Origin: a candidate division WOR-3 bacterium
GTDB taxonomy: Bacteria > Hydrothermota > 32-111
Length of the DNA: 64,000 bases
Reading direction: 5' to 3'
Assembly: GCA_037481815.1 (NCBI GenBank)
Contig: JBBFKX010000001.1
Span: 704,001-768,000, forward strand
Shown here: positions 32,336-46,553 of the stretch, piece by piece
Position numbering within the stretch: position 1 is the first letter of the stretch
How the letters are laid out: every line of letters begins with the position of its first letter
Notes under the pieces: model-generated
Database searches by the model: none
What the model saw: the letters and a program-made list of their open reading frames with translations, nothing else
What the model was told of the DNA's origin: nothing
Translations under genes and position numbers: made by a program

Positions 32336-33733
32336 CTAAAAGTAAAGATCTCTTTTTCCTTCTTTTGTTTTTTTAACCTTTTCTAAAAACTTTTTCTTTA
32401 AAGGAGAATCTTCCATCTTTGAAATCTCTTCCTCAACAAGTTTGTATCCTATTTCTCTTGTTTTTTCCGATGCATAATCTTCAAGGTATTCGATGAAGGT
32501 CAAAATAGCGTTTGGCTGACAGAATGTATGTATATGACCACCTTTTGCCTCACTCATGAAATGAGCTCCTGTTCTTCCACTTCTATAACAGGAAGTGCAG
32601 AATGAAGGGATATAACCGAGTGATGCTATATCCTGTATCACCTCATCAAGTGAACGCGTATCCCCGATTGTGAACTGTTGCATATCTGGTTTGTTGCACA
32701 AAGCATCATGGTAAGCACCAGGATATGTTCTTGAACCAGCACTGATCTGTGAGACACCAAGTTTGAAAAGTTCCCTTCTAAAATCTGCTGTCTCACGTGT
32801 TGAAAGTATCAGACCGGTATATGGAACAGCTATTCTGAGTATCGCTACAATCTTTTTAAAATCATCGTTTGTTATTTCAACTGGAGGATGTTCTGAAAGT
32901 GGTGCTCCAAGTGCAGGTTCAATCCTTGGGAAAGATATTGTGTGTGGTCCTACACCAAAAACTTTTTCAAGGTGTTCAGCGTGCTGAATCAAAGCCATAA
33001 CCTCAAACCTGTAATCATAGAGTCCAAACAAGACTCCCATAGCCACATCATCGATACCTGCTTCTTGAGCTCTATCAAGAGCATACAACCTGTAAAGGTA
33101 ATCCCTCTTCTTCCCACCCAAATGAACCTTTTCGTATGTTTTTCGATGGTATGTTTCCTGAAAACACTGGTAAGTTCCAATACCTGAACTCTTCAAAATT
33201 TTAAAATCCTCAACATCCATAGGTGCAACATTAACATTGATCCGTCTGATCTCTCCATTTTTTGATTTAACAGAGTAAGCTGCAAGTATGGTATCCTTTA
33301 TCCAATCAGCTTTAAATTGCGGATGTTCTCCATATACCATCAGAATCCTTTTATGACCTTCATCTTCAAGGATTTTTACCTCTTCTTTAATCTCGTCCAT
33401 ATTCAATGTTCTTCTGTTCAAATCCTTGTTATCTGCACGGAAACCACAATAAGCACAGACATTGCCACAAACATTTGTAACATAAAGTGGAGCAAAAATC
33501 ACAAGGCGATTTCCATAGATTTCCTCTTTTATTTTTAAAGCCAGAGAAAACATCTTTTCTTTCAACTCTTCATCATCGTTCTGTAAAAGAACAAAAACAT
33601 CTTCAACTGAAAGACCTTTTCTCTCTTCACCTTTTTTTAAAACTTCTAAAACTTCATTTCTTGAAGGTTTTCTGTTCTCTTTTATAAGATTATCAAGATA
33701 CTCCTGATCTATAAAATCTTTTAACTCCTTCAT
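32336..33733 (-). CDS. hydG: [FeFe]-hydrogenase maturase, radical SAM HydG
   Basis: APLYVTNVCGNVCAYC, FQETYH, GPHTISFPR, C-terminal CTSCYR...C auxiliary cluster motif. Confidence 0.95.
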   Translation of the reverse strand: MKELKDFIDQEYLDNLIKENRKPSRNEVLEVLKKGEERKGLSVEDVFVLLQNDDEELKEKMFSLALKIKEEIYGNRLVIFAPLYVTNVCGNVCAYCGFRADNKDLNRRTLNMDEIKEEVKILEDEGHKRILMVYGEHPQFKADWIKDTILAAYSVKSKNGEIRRINVNVAPMDVEDFKILKSSGIGTYQCFQETYHRKTYEKVHLGGKKRDYLYRLYALDRAQEAGIDDVAMGVLFGLYDYRFEVMALIQHAEHLEKVFGVGPHTISFPRIEPALGAPLSEHPPVEITNDDFKKIVAILRIAVPYTGLILSTRETADFRRELFKLGVSQISAGSRTYPGAYHDALCNKPDMQQFTIGDTRSLDEVIQDIASLGYIPSFCTSCYRSGRTGAHFMSEAKGGHIHTFCQPNAILTFIEYLEDYASEKTREIGYKLVEEEISKMEDSPLKKKFLEKVKKTKEGKRDLYF

Positions 33734-34005
33734 TTTTTCTCCTTTTTTATCAAAGTTGATGAAACTCTTACGCCCTTTAATCTTCCAAGTTTTCCAGTCA
33801 TTGCACCGATATCATCATTTGTCCCTTCAACTATCAGGGATATCGCGCAAAAATTTTCTCCAATGTTCGGTATCCCCATCCTCCCTCTGATGATGTAACC
33901 ATAATCTGTTAATATTTGGTTTACATTCTGGGATTGTTCCAATCTGTTTTCAATAATAATCCCTATAACCCCAATCCTTAAATCTTCTTTTGTTTTTTCT
34001 TCCAT
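33730..34005 (-). CDS. TM1266-family iron-only hydrogenase system regulator (ACT-like)
   Basis: VNQIL...IRGRMGIP...ISLIVEG...AMTGKLG; first gene of the hyd operon. Confidence 0.85.
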   Translation of the reverse strand: MEEKTKEDLRIGVIGIIIENRLEQSQNVNQILTDYGYIIRGRMGIPNIGENFCAISLIVEGTNDDIGAMTGKLGRLKGVRVSSTLIKKEKK

Positions 34006-34089
34006 ATTTTTCTCCTCGGACTCAAAAAATCTTGTCCTCAGTATTTTCGGTTCCTTGGCTTCGTTTTTAACTCCACCTCAGATAGTAAT

Positions 34090-34117
34090 ATTTTAACTAA
34101 AAAACTCAATTAGTCAA
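34090..34117 (-). promoter_or_regulatory. Sigma70-type promoter of the hyd maturation operon
   Basis: TTGACT-16-TAAAAT, giving a leader of about 80 nt. Confidence 0.65.
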
Positions 34118-34173
34118 CATAAAAATACCTTTCATTAAATAAAATAATTCTTAAAAATCTAAAACTAATTAAA

Positions 34174-34674
34174 TCAATTAAATAAATAGAAATATAGTTT
34201 TCCCGGAATTTTGCTATTTTTAAAACAAAATTCAATTTCTTTAAATAAAATCTTTTTATCTCCAATTTTTTTATCTATTTTATTTAAATGCTTCTTCCAT
34301 TTATCCTCGTCTGATAATGGGAAAACAACAAATAATATTGCTTTTTTATAATTTTTTTTATTAATTATTTTGCATATATCATTTATTATTCCATCTATGT
34401 TATCAGTTATTGCACAAAATTTTTTTTCAACATTATCATATTTATAATTTGTAGTTACTGTTTTTAATTCAATTAGATAATTATCAAAAAAAACATCTAC
34501 CTTCTTTTTACCAATACTATGTTCTATTCTCACATCTTTATTTTTAGATTTCAGAATATCAACCAATTCAACTTTTAACCATCCTTCGAATTTTGATCTT
34601 TGTCTTGCAAAAATAGATAATCCCTTTTTTTCTTCGATTCTTTTTACTAATTTGTTTAAAATGTTTTCAAACAA
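34174..34674 (-). CDS. PD-(D/E)xK restriction-endonuclease-fold protein
   Basis: FEGWL..EL, IEH, KVDVFF...LIELK; start uncertain. Confidence 0.6.
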   Translation of the reverse strand: MFENILNKLVKRIEEKKGLSIFARQRSKFEGWLKVELVDILKSKNKDVRIEHSIGKKKVDVFFDNYLIELKTVTTNYKYDNVEKKFCAITDNIDGIINDICKIINKKNYKKAILFVVFPLSDEDKWKKHLNKIDKKIGDKKILFKEIEFCFKNSKIPGKLYFYLFN

Positions 34675-34740
34675 TTCTTTTTCATTAGTTTTAGTTGTTA
34701 CAATAATTTTCTCCTTTGTGAAGTTTTTTACTTTTTTTTA

Positions 34741-36945
34741 TCATCTTAATATCAACACCTTTGTGTTTATTTCTGTTTTTCCCATCTTTCCCTTTATAAA
34801 ATATTCTCCTGTCGGGTAATTTTGCTTCTTTATTGTCACCTTTCTATACCCCTTCTCTATCTTTCCATCGTATAACTTTTTCAACTCTCTTCCAGTCTTA
34901 TCATATATACTAACATCCAACTTACTCTCTTCACTTACCCCAAAATATATCTCTACATCTGAAACATTATACTTTATAAAATAGTTGTTTGTTTTTACCT
35001 CTGCTTTATTTATATTCTTTTCACTTATTCCACTCAACAGAAGGTTTTTGTATATCTGTAATCCACAACCACCATCAGCAACATATGCATAACTGCCTGA
35101 TACATAGACTCTATAAGCCCGACTGGGTGTCTCATAATATCCAACTTCTATTGGATTTGTTGGATCACTTACATCTATTATTCTTAAACCACAATCATAA
35201 TCAGCAACATATGCATAACTGCCCAAGACATAGACATCATAAGCCCAATCGGGTGTATCATAATAGCCAACTTCTGTTGGATTTGTTGGATCACTTACAT
35301 CTATTATTCTTAAACCACAATTATAATCAGCAATATAGGCATAACTACCTGACACAAAAACACCATAAGCGTAACCTGGAGTATTACAAGAACCAACCAC
35401 TATTGGTACTGCTGGGTTATTTACTTTAATTATTTTTAAACCATACATACCGTTAGCCAAATATGCATAATCACCTGAAATATATATATCAATAATATCT
35501 GCCATTTCTAAATAGCTAACTTCTGATGGTTTTTGAGGATCACTAATATTTATTACCCTTAATCCATTACTTGCTACAAAAGCATAAATACCTTTAGTAA
35601 ATACACTTAATGTATAACCTGCCTCATAATAACCAATTTCTTGAGGTTTAGTTGAGTTACTTATATCAATAATTCTAAAACCATAACTACCATCAGAAAC
35701 AAAAGCATAATTTCCAGACACAAAAACTCTTAATGCAGAACCTGGAGTTTCACAATAACCAACCTCTACAGTTTTAGATAGCTCACTTATATCTATTATC
35801 CTTAAACCATCCATATTATTTGTAATATAAGCATAACTGTCTGATAAATAGACATCATTTACATGAGAGGGAATTCTAAAAAATGCAACTTCTTCTATAC
35901 TTGAAAGATTGCTTTTATTTATTATTCTTAATCCATAATTCATATCAACAATATAAACAAATTCCATTGATACAAAGATACTCATAGGATAACCAATATA
36001 ATAAGAAACAACCTCTTGAGGTGTTGAAGGGTCAGTTATATCTACTATTAACAAATTTACTTCATCAGCAATATAGGCATAATTTTCTGATACATAAATA
36101 TCTTGTGGAAAATCCGCAGTTCTATAATAACCTACTTCTGATGGACTTGCTGGGTTACTTATATCTATTATATTTAATCCATTTTCATATCCAATAACAT
36201 ATGCATAGTTACCTAAGATATAAACACTTCTTGCATCTCCAAATGTTTCAAAATATCCAATCTCAATTGGATTTGAAGGAATAGTTATATCTATTATCCT
36301 TAAACCATTCAAACCATCAGCAACATAGGCATAGTTATCTTTGACAAAAAGACCATAGGCTCGACCCGGCGTATCATAATAGCCAATCTCTAATGGCTCT
36401 ATAGGATTACTTACATCTATTATCCTCAAACCATAACTCCCATCAGCAACTAATGCATAATTACTAATAACAAAGACATCAAAAGAATAACCAGAAGTAA
36501 AATAATAGCCAAGTTTTGTTGGACTGAATAAATTACTTACATCCCATATCTCTAAACCTCCCTGTCCTGCTGCTATATATAACCTTTGTTTTGTATAGTC
36601 ATAATATAAATCCCAAACAATTCCTCTTGTATGTATCAATTCTGAAATTTTTACCGGATTACTATCTGAAACATCAAGTATATATACTCCTCCCCCTGAC
36701 CCCAAAAATGATACTTTTCTTATCGTATCATTAGTAACAGCATAAGATTGTCCAAATGGCCAATTTCCTACAAATGCTATATTCAATGAATCAAAACCTG
36801 CCTTCGTATCTGTTCCACCTTTTATTCCACCCTCTAAGTCTCTATATTCTGCCCATTCAGCAAGATAATTACTCTTGTTTCCTTCCTTACCAAAAATTAT
36901 AACTCCACTCAAAATAATTAAAACTAACACTAAAACCTTTTTCAT
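34741..36945 (-). CDS. Secreted LVIVD-repeat beta-propeller protein with T9SS-like C-terminal domain
   Basis: Signal peptide; many 42-aa YAYVADxxxGLRIIDVSxPxxPxEVGYY repeats; tail IYDKTGR...GEYFI...KVLILR. Confidence 0.9.
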   Translation of the reverse strand: MKKVLVLVLIILSGVIIFGKEGNKSNYLAEWAEYRDLEGGIKGGTDTKAGFDSLNIAFVGNWPFGQSYAVTNDTIRKVSFLGSGGGVYILDVSDSNPVKISELIHTRGIVWDLYYDYTKQRLYIAAGQGGLEIWDVSNLFSPTKLGYYFTSGYSFDVFVISNYALVADGSYGLRIIDVSNPIEPLEIGYYDTPGRAYGLFVKDNYAYVADGLNGLRIIDITIPSNPIEIGYFETFGDARSVYILGNYAYVIGYENGLNIIDISNPASPSEVGYYRTADFPQDIYVSENYAYIADEVNLLIVDITDPSTPQEVVSYYIGYPMSIFVSMEFVYIVDMNYGLRIINKSNLSSIEEVAFFRIPSHVNDVYLSDSYAYITNNMDGLRIIDISELSKTVEVGYCETPGSALRVFVSGNYAFVSDGSYGFRIIDISNSTKPQEIGYYEAGYTLSVFTKGIYAFVASNGLRVINISDPQKPSEVSYLEMADIIDIYISGDYAYLANGMYGLKIIKVNNPAVPIVVGSCNTPGYAYGVFVSGSYAYIADYNCGLRIIDVSDPTNPTEVGYYDTPDWAYDVYVLGSYAYVADYDCGLRIIDVSDPTNPIEVGYYETPSRAYRVYVSGSYAYVADGGCGLQIYKNLLLSGISEKNINKAEVKTNNYFIKYNVSDVEIYFGVSEESKLDVSIYDKTGRELKKLYDGKIEKGYRKVTIKKQNYPTGEYFIKGKMGKTEINTKVLILR
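35066..35349. repeat. 126-bp period near-identical tandem repeat inside the LVIVD gene
   Basis: TTGGATTTGTTGGATCACTTACATCTATTATTCTTAAACCACAAT occurs at 35151 and 35277; similarity extends on both sides. Confidence 0.9.
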
Positions 36946-36966
36946 ATTTTCACCCCTATTTTATTC

Positions 36967-38790
36967 TCATCTTATTTTTACAATTTTCTTTGTTATCTCA
37001 ATATCTTTATATTTCACCTTTATAAAATATATCCCATTCTTTAAATGGTTTATTTCTGTCCTATTCTCTCCTTTCCCTTCTCTCTCATCTCTTATCACTA
37101 CACTTCCTTTTATATCATACACCTCCAATTCTCCTCTACCTTTTGTCTCCCATTTTATATATCCCTTATTAACTTCTATTTCTATCCCCACTTCTCCTTC
37201 TTCTCTTTCCACTTCTAATCCGGTTGGTCCAAAACTTCCTCCTATCACTATCGGTTTACTTGTTGCTAATAAAGGATATTCAAAACTCCTTATTGTTACT
37301 CCATCAGGATATATAGTATCCCCTACCTCTACCGTCGGTGGCGATAGTATCTCTGTTAACTCTATATACAACACACTCTTCCCACCCTCTTTCTCCCATC
37401 TGCATGTGTCAAGATATTTCCCATTTGCAAGATAACTGTGCCCTCCTGATAACCTCAATATGCTATCTATATTGCTCTTATTTATTCTTGGCTCTGTTGT
37501 TAAACCTGAAAACTCTATCCTTATATAATCATCATAATCAACTCCACTCCCAACTATCACTCCATCGCTCGCCTCTGCCTTCACCATATCTGGCGCTGAT
37601 GGATCTCTTGTTGTATCACATTCAAATACCCTCGTCAGTGTCGTAGAAGAAATTCCACAACCACTGAATATTATCTCTTTTATCCCATTATTGTTAAAAT
37701 CATGACATAAAAGATGACTCTCTATAGTGTAGTATGTCGGATCAGTCCATTCCCATATCCTTACAAACTGATTATCACCTTTCGCTTTCCATACCTCAAG
37801 ATGTCTACCTCCACTTATCACTATCTCATTTATCCCATCTCCATCTATATCTCCATAATCTATATCCCCTCCACATTTATCCATAAAATTGGTCATCACT
37901 TCAAAATGTCTGTTAAAAATTGTATCAAAAATCCCTCCTCTCTCTTCATATATCAAATATCCATACGATGTAGGATATCCAACATAGTCAATTTGGTATT
38001 TCATTATCTCTTTGACTCCATCTCTATCTATATCTGGTAATATTAGTAATTTTAAAGAAGCATAACCACTTTCCGTAATTGAGTCAACCTTTACAAAAAA
38101 AGTATCCATCATATCTGTAGATTCATAAATATATACATAATTGATACGCGATTTAAACACAACATCAGTTAATCCATTTCCATTTATATCTCCAATATCC
38201 ATTGCTGATCCCACACTTATGCTCTCAGCATATGTGTTCAATATCTCATACTGGTTATCTCCAATGCAAGTATAGTAATACCAGCCATATGCTTTTGTTG
38301 GCCATGCTAACCATGGTATTCCAGATCCACATATCCTGTCTACTCCATCTCCCTTCAACTTGTTAGTTATACTAAGATAATATATTGATTTGTGTAATGT
38401 ATCACTCTGCCATACCAAATTATCAAAAAATGATGTGCTTTCACTCTGTTCATATAACCATAACATTTTACTTCCTGTCTTTATCAATCCAATCTCCTCT
38501 AATCCATCTGTATCTAAATCTCCTATACCAAAGGTAAATATAAAATCATAATTTGTGTCTAAAGGTATTGAATCAATTAATCTAAAACTATCTTTGAACT
38601 CATAAAAATATACCCCTCTCGCTATATCATTTATAATCAATTCGTCATTCCCATTCCTGTTAAAATCACTCGCATAAGGACCATTTCTTGTCATGTGTCC
38701 TTTATTTATATACTGATTTTGTTCAAAAGCTAAACTTGACAATATTACACCTGTTATCATTATTAATACCATTAAAATCATCTTTTTCAT
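36967..38790 (-). CDS. Secreted FG-GAP/VCBS-repeat protein with T9SS-like C-terminal domain
   Basis: Repeated DxDxDGxxEI loops (DFNRNGNDE, DLDTDGLEE, DINGNGLTD, DIDRDGVKE, DIDGDGINE, DFNNNGIKE); tail VYDIKG...LKNGIYFIKV...KKIVKIR. Confidence 0.88.
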   Translation of the reverse strand: MKKMILMVLIMITGVILSSLAFEQNQYINKGHMTRNGPYASDFNRNGNDELIINDIARGVYFYEFKDSFRLIDSIPLDTNYDFIFTFGIGDLDTDGLEEIGLIKTGSKMLWLYEQSESTSFFDNLVWQSDTLHKSIYYLSITNKLKGDGVDRICGSGIPWLAWPTKAYGWYYYTCIGDNQYEILNTYAESISVGSAMDIGDINGNGLTDVVFKSRINYVYIYESTDMMDTFFVKVDSITESGYASLKLLILPDIDRDGVKEIMKYQIDYVGYPTSYGYLIYEERGGIFDTIFNRHFEVMTNFMDKCGGDIDYGDIDGDGINEIVISGGRHLEVWKAKGDNQFVRIWEWTDPTYYTIESHLLCHDFNNNGIKEIIFSGCGISSTTLTRVFECDTTRDPSAPDMVKAEASDGVIVGSGVDYDDYIRIEFSGLTTEPRINKSNIDSILRLSGGHSYLANGKYLDTCRWEKEGGKSVLYIELTEILSPPTVEVGDTIYPDGVTIRSFEYPLLATSKPIVIGGSFGPTGLEVEREEGEVGIEIEVNKGYIKWETKGRGELEVYDIKGSVVIRDEREGKGENRTEINHLKNGIYFIKVKYKDIEITKKIVKIR

Positions 38791-38810
38791 AAAATTATCC
38801 CCCTAAATAC

Positions 38811-38844
38811 AAAGGCTGGATAGGTATTTACCTATTCAGCCTTT
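38811..38844 (-). terminator. Intergenic 16-bp stem-loop (partial terminator or mRNA stabiliser)
   Basis: AAAGGCTGGATAGGTA-tt-TACCTATTCAGCCTTT with one imperfect pair; short U-tail. Confidence 0.6.
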
Positions 38845-38859
38845 ATTCTATTCCTAAAT

Positions 38860-41800
38860 TTACTTTATTATATTTATCTTCCTTGTCTCTCCCTTCTCTC
38901 CATCTCTTATCCTAACAAAATATATTCCACTCTTCTGAACTAATCCTATCCCTATTTCGTTCAACCCAGCCTTCACCTGCGATTTCATTATTCCCAATCT
39001 GCTTCCTCTTATATCGTATACCTCTATCTCCACTTCACCTTCTCTGTCTGATATATAACTAACCTTTAATCCTTCTTTTTTACCCTTAACTTCCGTTGTC
39101 TCTGTCATATTTACTGCTTGTAATACCTTAACTTTGTTTGCTGTTACTATTTCATTCTCCCCTTCCGTTTCATACTGGTATACCTCTACCTTCGATACCC
39201 TGTTTGGATTCCCCTTCTTCCTATCTATACTTATCACTATCTTGTTATCTTCATATATCCCTTTAGGTAGTACTATCTCCGTTGTATCCTCTCTGTTTGC
39301 ATGTCCATACACTACCCCATACACCTCTCCATCTATCTGGATTATCTGTGGCTTCACAGGACTCCCTTCTGATGTTATCACTCTCACATTGTAGCTCATC
39401 TCAGGATCAAGTCCAACTATCGTCGTGTTCAACCTCTCTACCGGCTCTTTCCTACCAAGGTAATTGTTGTCATACAAAGGTGATGTTGTAACTCTCTCTA
39501 TCGTATCCTGTGGCAATGATATTACATATGGTACCGGTTCTGTTTTATACGATACCTCTTTCATGTTCAATCTATAAAATCCATTCTCTCCTTCCGTCCA
39601 TATGAAAAATCCTTTTCTGTTGGTATAAGTATCTTTAAAGTTAACATCATAACTAAATATTGAATCAGTTGTCTCTCTTATTATATTCTGCTCTATTGTT
39701 AATCCATATCCAGGTTCACTTATGAGTTTCTTATCATTGTTAACATAAAGATGAAGATAATTGTTCTTAACCTTTGGATACTTATTTACCCCTATGAATG
39801 TGTTTATCCTCTCTGGCTCTGTTAAAAATCCATCTATCATCTTTGCTTTCCATATATCTCTTGTTCCATCAATATTTATCACTTCATAAGCAAATGTTGT
39901 TACCTCTCCATAATAATCTGCTGTAGGTGCATTGCAAACCTGCCCTGATTTATTAATTGTGCTCAATTCAGTCCATTGGCCATAAGAATTATTCCAATCT
40001 TTTTTCATATAATTTTTTGTTGTGTCTATAAAACCTATTAGATGTGATATTGAAGTAGATGATATATCATAAAATAATGAAAATACTGGGGATTTCATTG
40101 GAACTTTATTATCTTCTCCATAATATGATACAACAGTATCAAAAACTAATGTGCCTATATCTATGCCTTCCATACTCCCAAGAATATAATCCCCTCTCTC
40201 TATGTTTAAATATCTGTTCCCTATATATCCCATATATGTCTTATCTGTTGTATAATTGTAGCCAACAACCGGCTCCGTAAACCATACTGTCGGTGATATA
40301 AGTGTATCAACCGGTGTCCATGGGCTATGTTTAATCGAATACCAAAATGTGCTTTCACCTTCTTTCCATATAGCTATTAATCCATCTTTTGTTCTCGTTA
40401 ACGCTGGTTCTTTCCCCTTTCCTAATATCTCCAATTCCCAAGTCTGTCCAAAATCCTCACTCCTTCCATACACCACACTGTCTCCAGTCGTATACAACAT
40501 CTCCATCTCATCAGTATTAGGTTTCCTCACTATATGCTCCTGATTGTTCCTCCCAAATGCCCCTCTTACATTGCTCCACAAGTAGGGAGTTATTGTACTG
40601 CTATATTTAACAAAGCCCTTTTTGTCTATTATAATTTGCAATGCCCTATTAGATTTCAAATAGGCAGAAAAATTAATATTACCATTAGTATCTGTTAATC
40701 CAGAAACATTGTAAGCACCAATATTGTCAGTTATTATTACTGATGCATCAGGAACATTTTCAATTATTATTTGTTTTGGCTCAGGTTCAATAACAGGAAG
40801 TTCATACTCGGTTTGAACTTTAATACTAAATAAATTATTTTTCAATACAGGACATTCTTTAGGATAACTAACTTTAAATAATCTGTAATCTACCTTTACT
40901 TCTTGTTTCTCTATCTGATCAGTAGTTATTTCATTTTTTGATACTATGTAAATAGGAAATGTATCTTCTTTTAAAATCTCAAATATAACTTTCCCTGTTT
41001 CATCTGGTTTCTTTATGTCACTAATTCTTATTCCATTTTTATCTTCAATATAAACTTGTGCATCATTTCCATTGCCATCCATATTGTAAAAAGGACCTCT
41101 ATCTCCATAATCTTTTTTCAATACAACAGAAATTTCGGTTTTATCTTCATATTTTAACTTTTCTGGAGTATATGTCATTGTGAATCTATACCCATTTTTT
41201 AAATGCTCTATTACTTCCAATCCATTTTTGTAAGATGCTGTGTAAATTATATTGTCTACAGGACAAACACCTATTGATCCAAAACTGGTATACAACGATC
41301 CATAATGCCCTATATGTTTAATATTGGAAATATCAGTTACATCGAATACTATTAAACCAAAAGATTTTAAACCTACATATGCTATTTTCATTTTATCAGA
41401 ATTTACTATAAATGCGCTACCTTCTTCTGGGACATAATAAGAATCTCTATATTGTTTAACTATTCGAGGATTACTTGAATTAGAAATATCCACTATTGTA
41501 AATCCATTTTTCACATCTATCACATATGCATAGTTCTCTTCAACAAAAACATCGAAGGGTTTACCTGTCATTACATTCCCAACTATCTTTATAGGTGTTT
41601 GGCCAAGTGAATCTAATTTATTTGGAAGTTCAACTATCCGTAAATATCCAGATTCTTCATCTGCCAAATATGCATGATTTCCTACAACATGGACTCCTGA
41701 TGCTAATATACCTTCAATTTTTGCTATCTCTTTATCTCCTTCTAACCAATAAGTACCAAATAAATCACCTTTAATTTTGTAGATAAGAAAGTGTCCCTTT

Positions 41801-42260
41801 GAAGCTACAAATACATAATCATAAAACTCAAATTGATTGATATTTTCTCTTACTACATAGACATCTTTTACTTCTTCAGCATAAGGTTTTAACTGAAAAA
41901 CTTTTGAAGGATTTCTTGGATCTGAAACATCCATTACCACAAGTCCTTGCATATTGTATGCTATAAAGGCATGATTGTCCAAAACTGCAATTTTAAGAGC
42001 ATAATCAGATGAATCAGAAGGTGTAACAATTTGATAACTACTTACTAAGGATGGTTCTAAATGGTTTGATATATCAACTATTTTCATCCCTCCAGAAGCA
42101 GCAGCTATATAAGCATAATTACCAGATACGACCACATCTTCTGCAAATCCGAAGTCAATCCAACCAGTTTTTGTACAATTCAAAGAATCATAAACGATTC
42201 CTTCTTCAGAAGCTATGCAAAGTAATCCATAAAAAATAACTATTGTTATGAGAATAGCCC

Positions 42261-42264
<4 letters not shown>
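38860..42264 (-). CDS. Large secreted protein: LVIVD propeller, Ig-like region, BNR/Asp-box propeller, T9SS-like C-terminal domain
   Basis: Signal peptide; LVIVD repeats; Asp-box RSEDFGQTW; tail VYDIRG...KSGIYFVRI...KINIIK. Confidence 0.85.
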
Positions 42265-42347
<83 letters not shown>

Positions 42348-42939
42348 ACCACCTCCTTTTTATGAAAAAAGATTAAACTATTTTTTTATATTTGTCAATA
42401 AAATTTTGTTTTCATAAACAATTTTTTAATCCATTTATTCATATTCTCTTTTTTGTTTACATCTCTTTTTCTTTTGATAAAGATTTAAAGTTAGTTTTTA
42501 ATAATATGAAAGCATAATAATCCATACTCACATTAAGTAGAACTTTTCTTCTCTTTGCTTATTGAAATTGCTCTTGCTTTTTCTCATTGCAAACCATATC
42601 CTCTCTTAACTCTGAGAGTAGAAATTTCTTTATTGCCTATTTAAAGTTTTTCCTACTTTCCAAACTCTAATCAAAAAATAAACCGAACATCTTACTCTTT
42701 TTTAAAATAATTTTTCGGATTTTGACGAATAGATTATAAAATTTTAAAAGAAATGAAAAAAGACTGATTTTATATAACAAATAGAGGCATAAAATTTTTT
42801 ATAGATATAAAAAAGCCAGAACAATTGCAAAACTATTTATACAGGTATAACTTTAAAAAATCAAGTATTACAAAAACTCTCTTTTCACTTTAATTTAAAA
42901 GAATGGAATGTTGAAAAATTATCGAAAAAATAAAAATTG

Positions 42940-46510
<3,571 letters not shown>

Positions 46511-46516
46511 AGATTG

Positions 46517-46544
46517 AGTTTAAAGAAATATTTTTTTCTGTCAA
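46517..46544 (-). promoter_or_regulatory. Sigma70-type promoter, probably leaderless rnr
   Basis: TTGACA-16-TAAACT-6 nt-ATG, no SD. Confidence 0.7.
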
Positions 46545-46553
46545 TACAACTTT

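Noticed and set aside
34006..34084. Canonical SAM-I riboswitch
   Set aside because: Lacks the GCAACC/GGUGC P3 pairing, pseudoknot and P4; kept only as a candidate leader.
35066..35349. Repeats as a CRISPR array or DGR template/variable pair
   Set aside because: In-frame 42-aa protein repeats with no unique spacers; differences are not adenine-specific; no cas or reverse transcriptase gene in the window.
36875..37435. 186-aa plus-strand ORF, and similar antisense ORFs (8733-9212, 31663-32148, 43406-43954 and others)
   Set aside because: They lie opposite well-supported genes, show Ser/Pro/Phe-rich shadow composition and have no recognisable motifs.
42400..42720. Possible pseudogene remnant on the minus strand (…AIKKFLLSELREDMVCNEKKQEQFQ*AKRRKVLL…)
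   Set aside because: Several stops and no recognisable homology; a tblastx hit would be needed.
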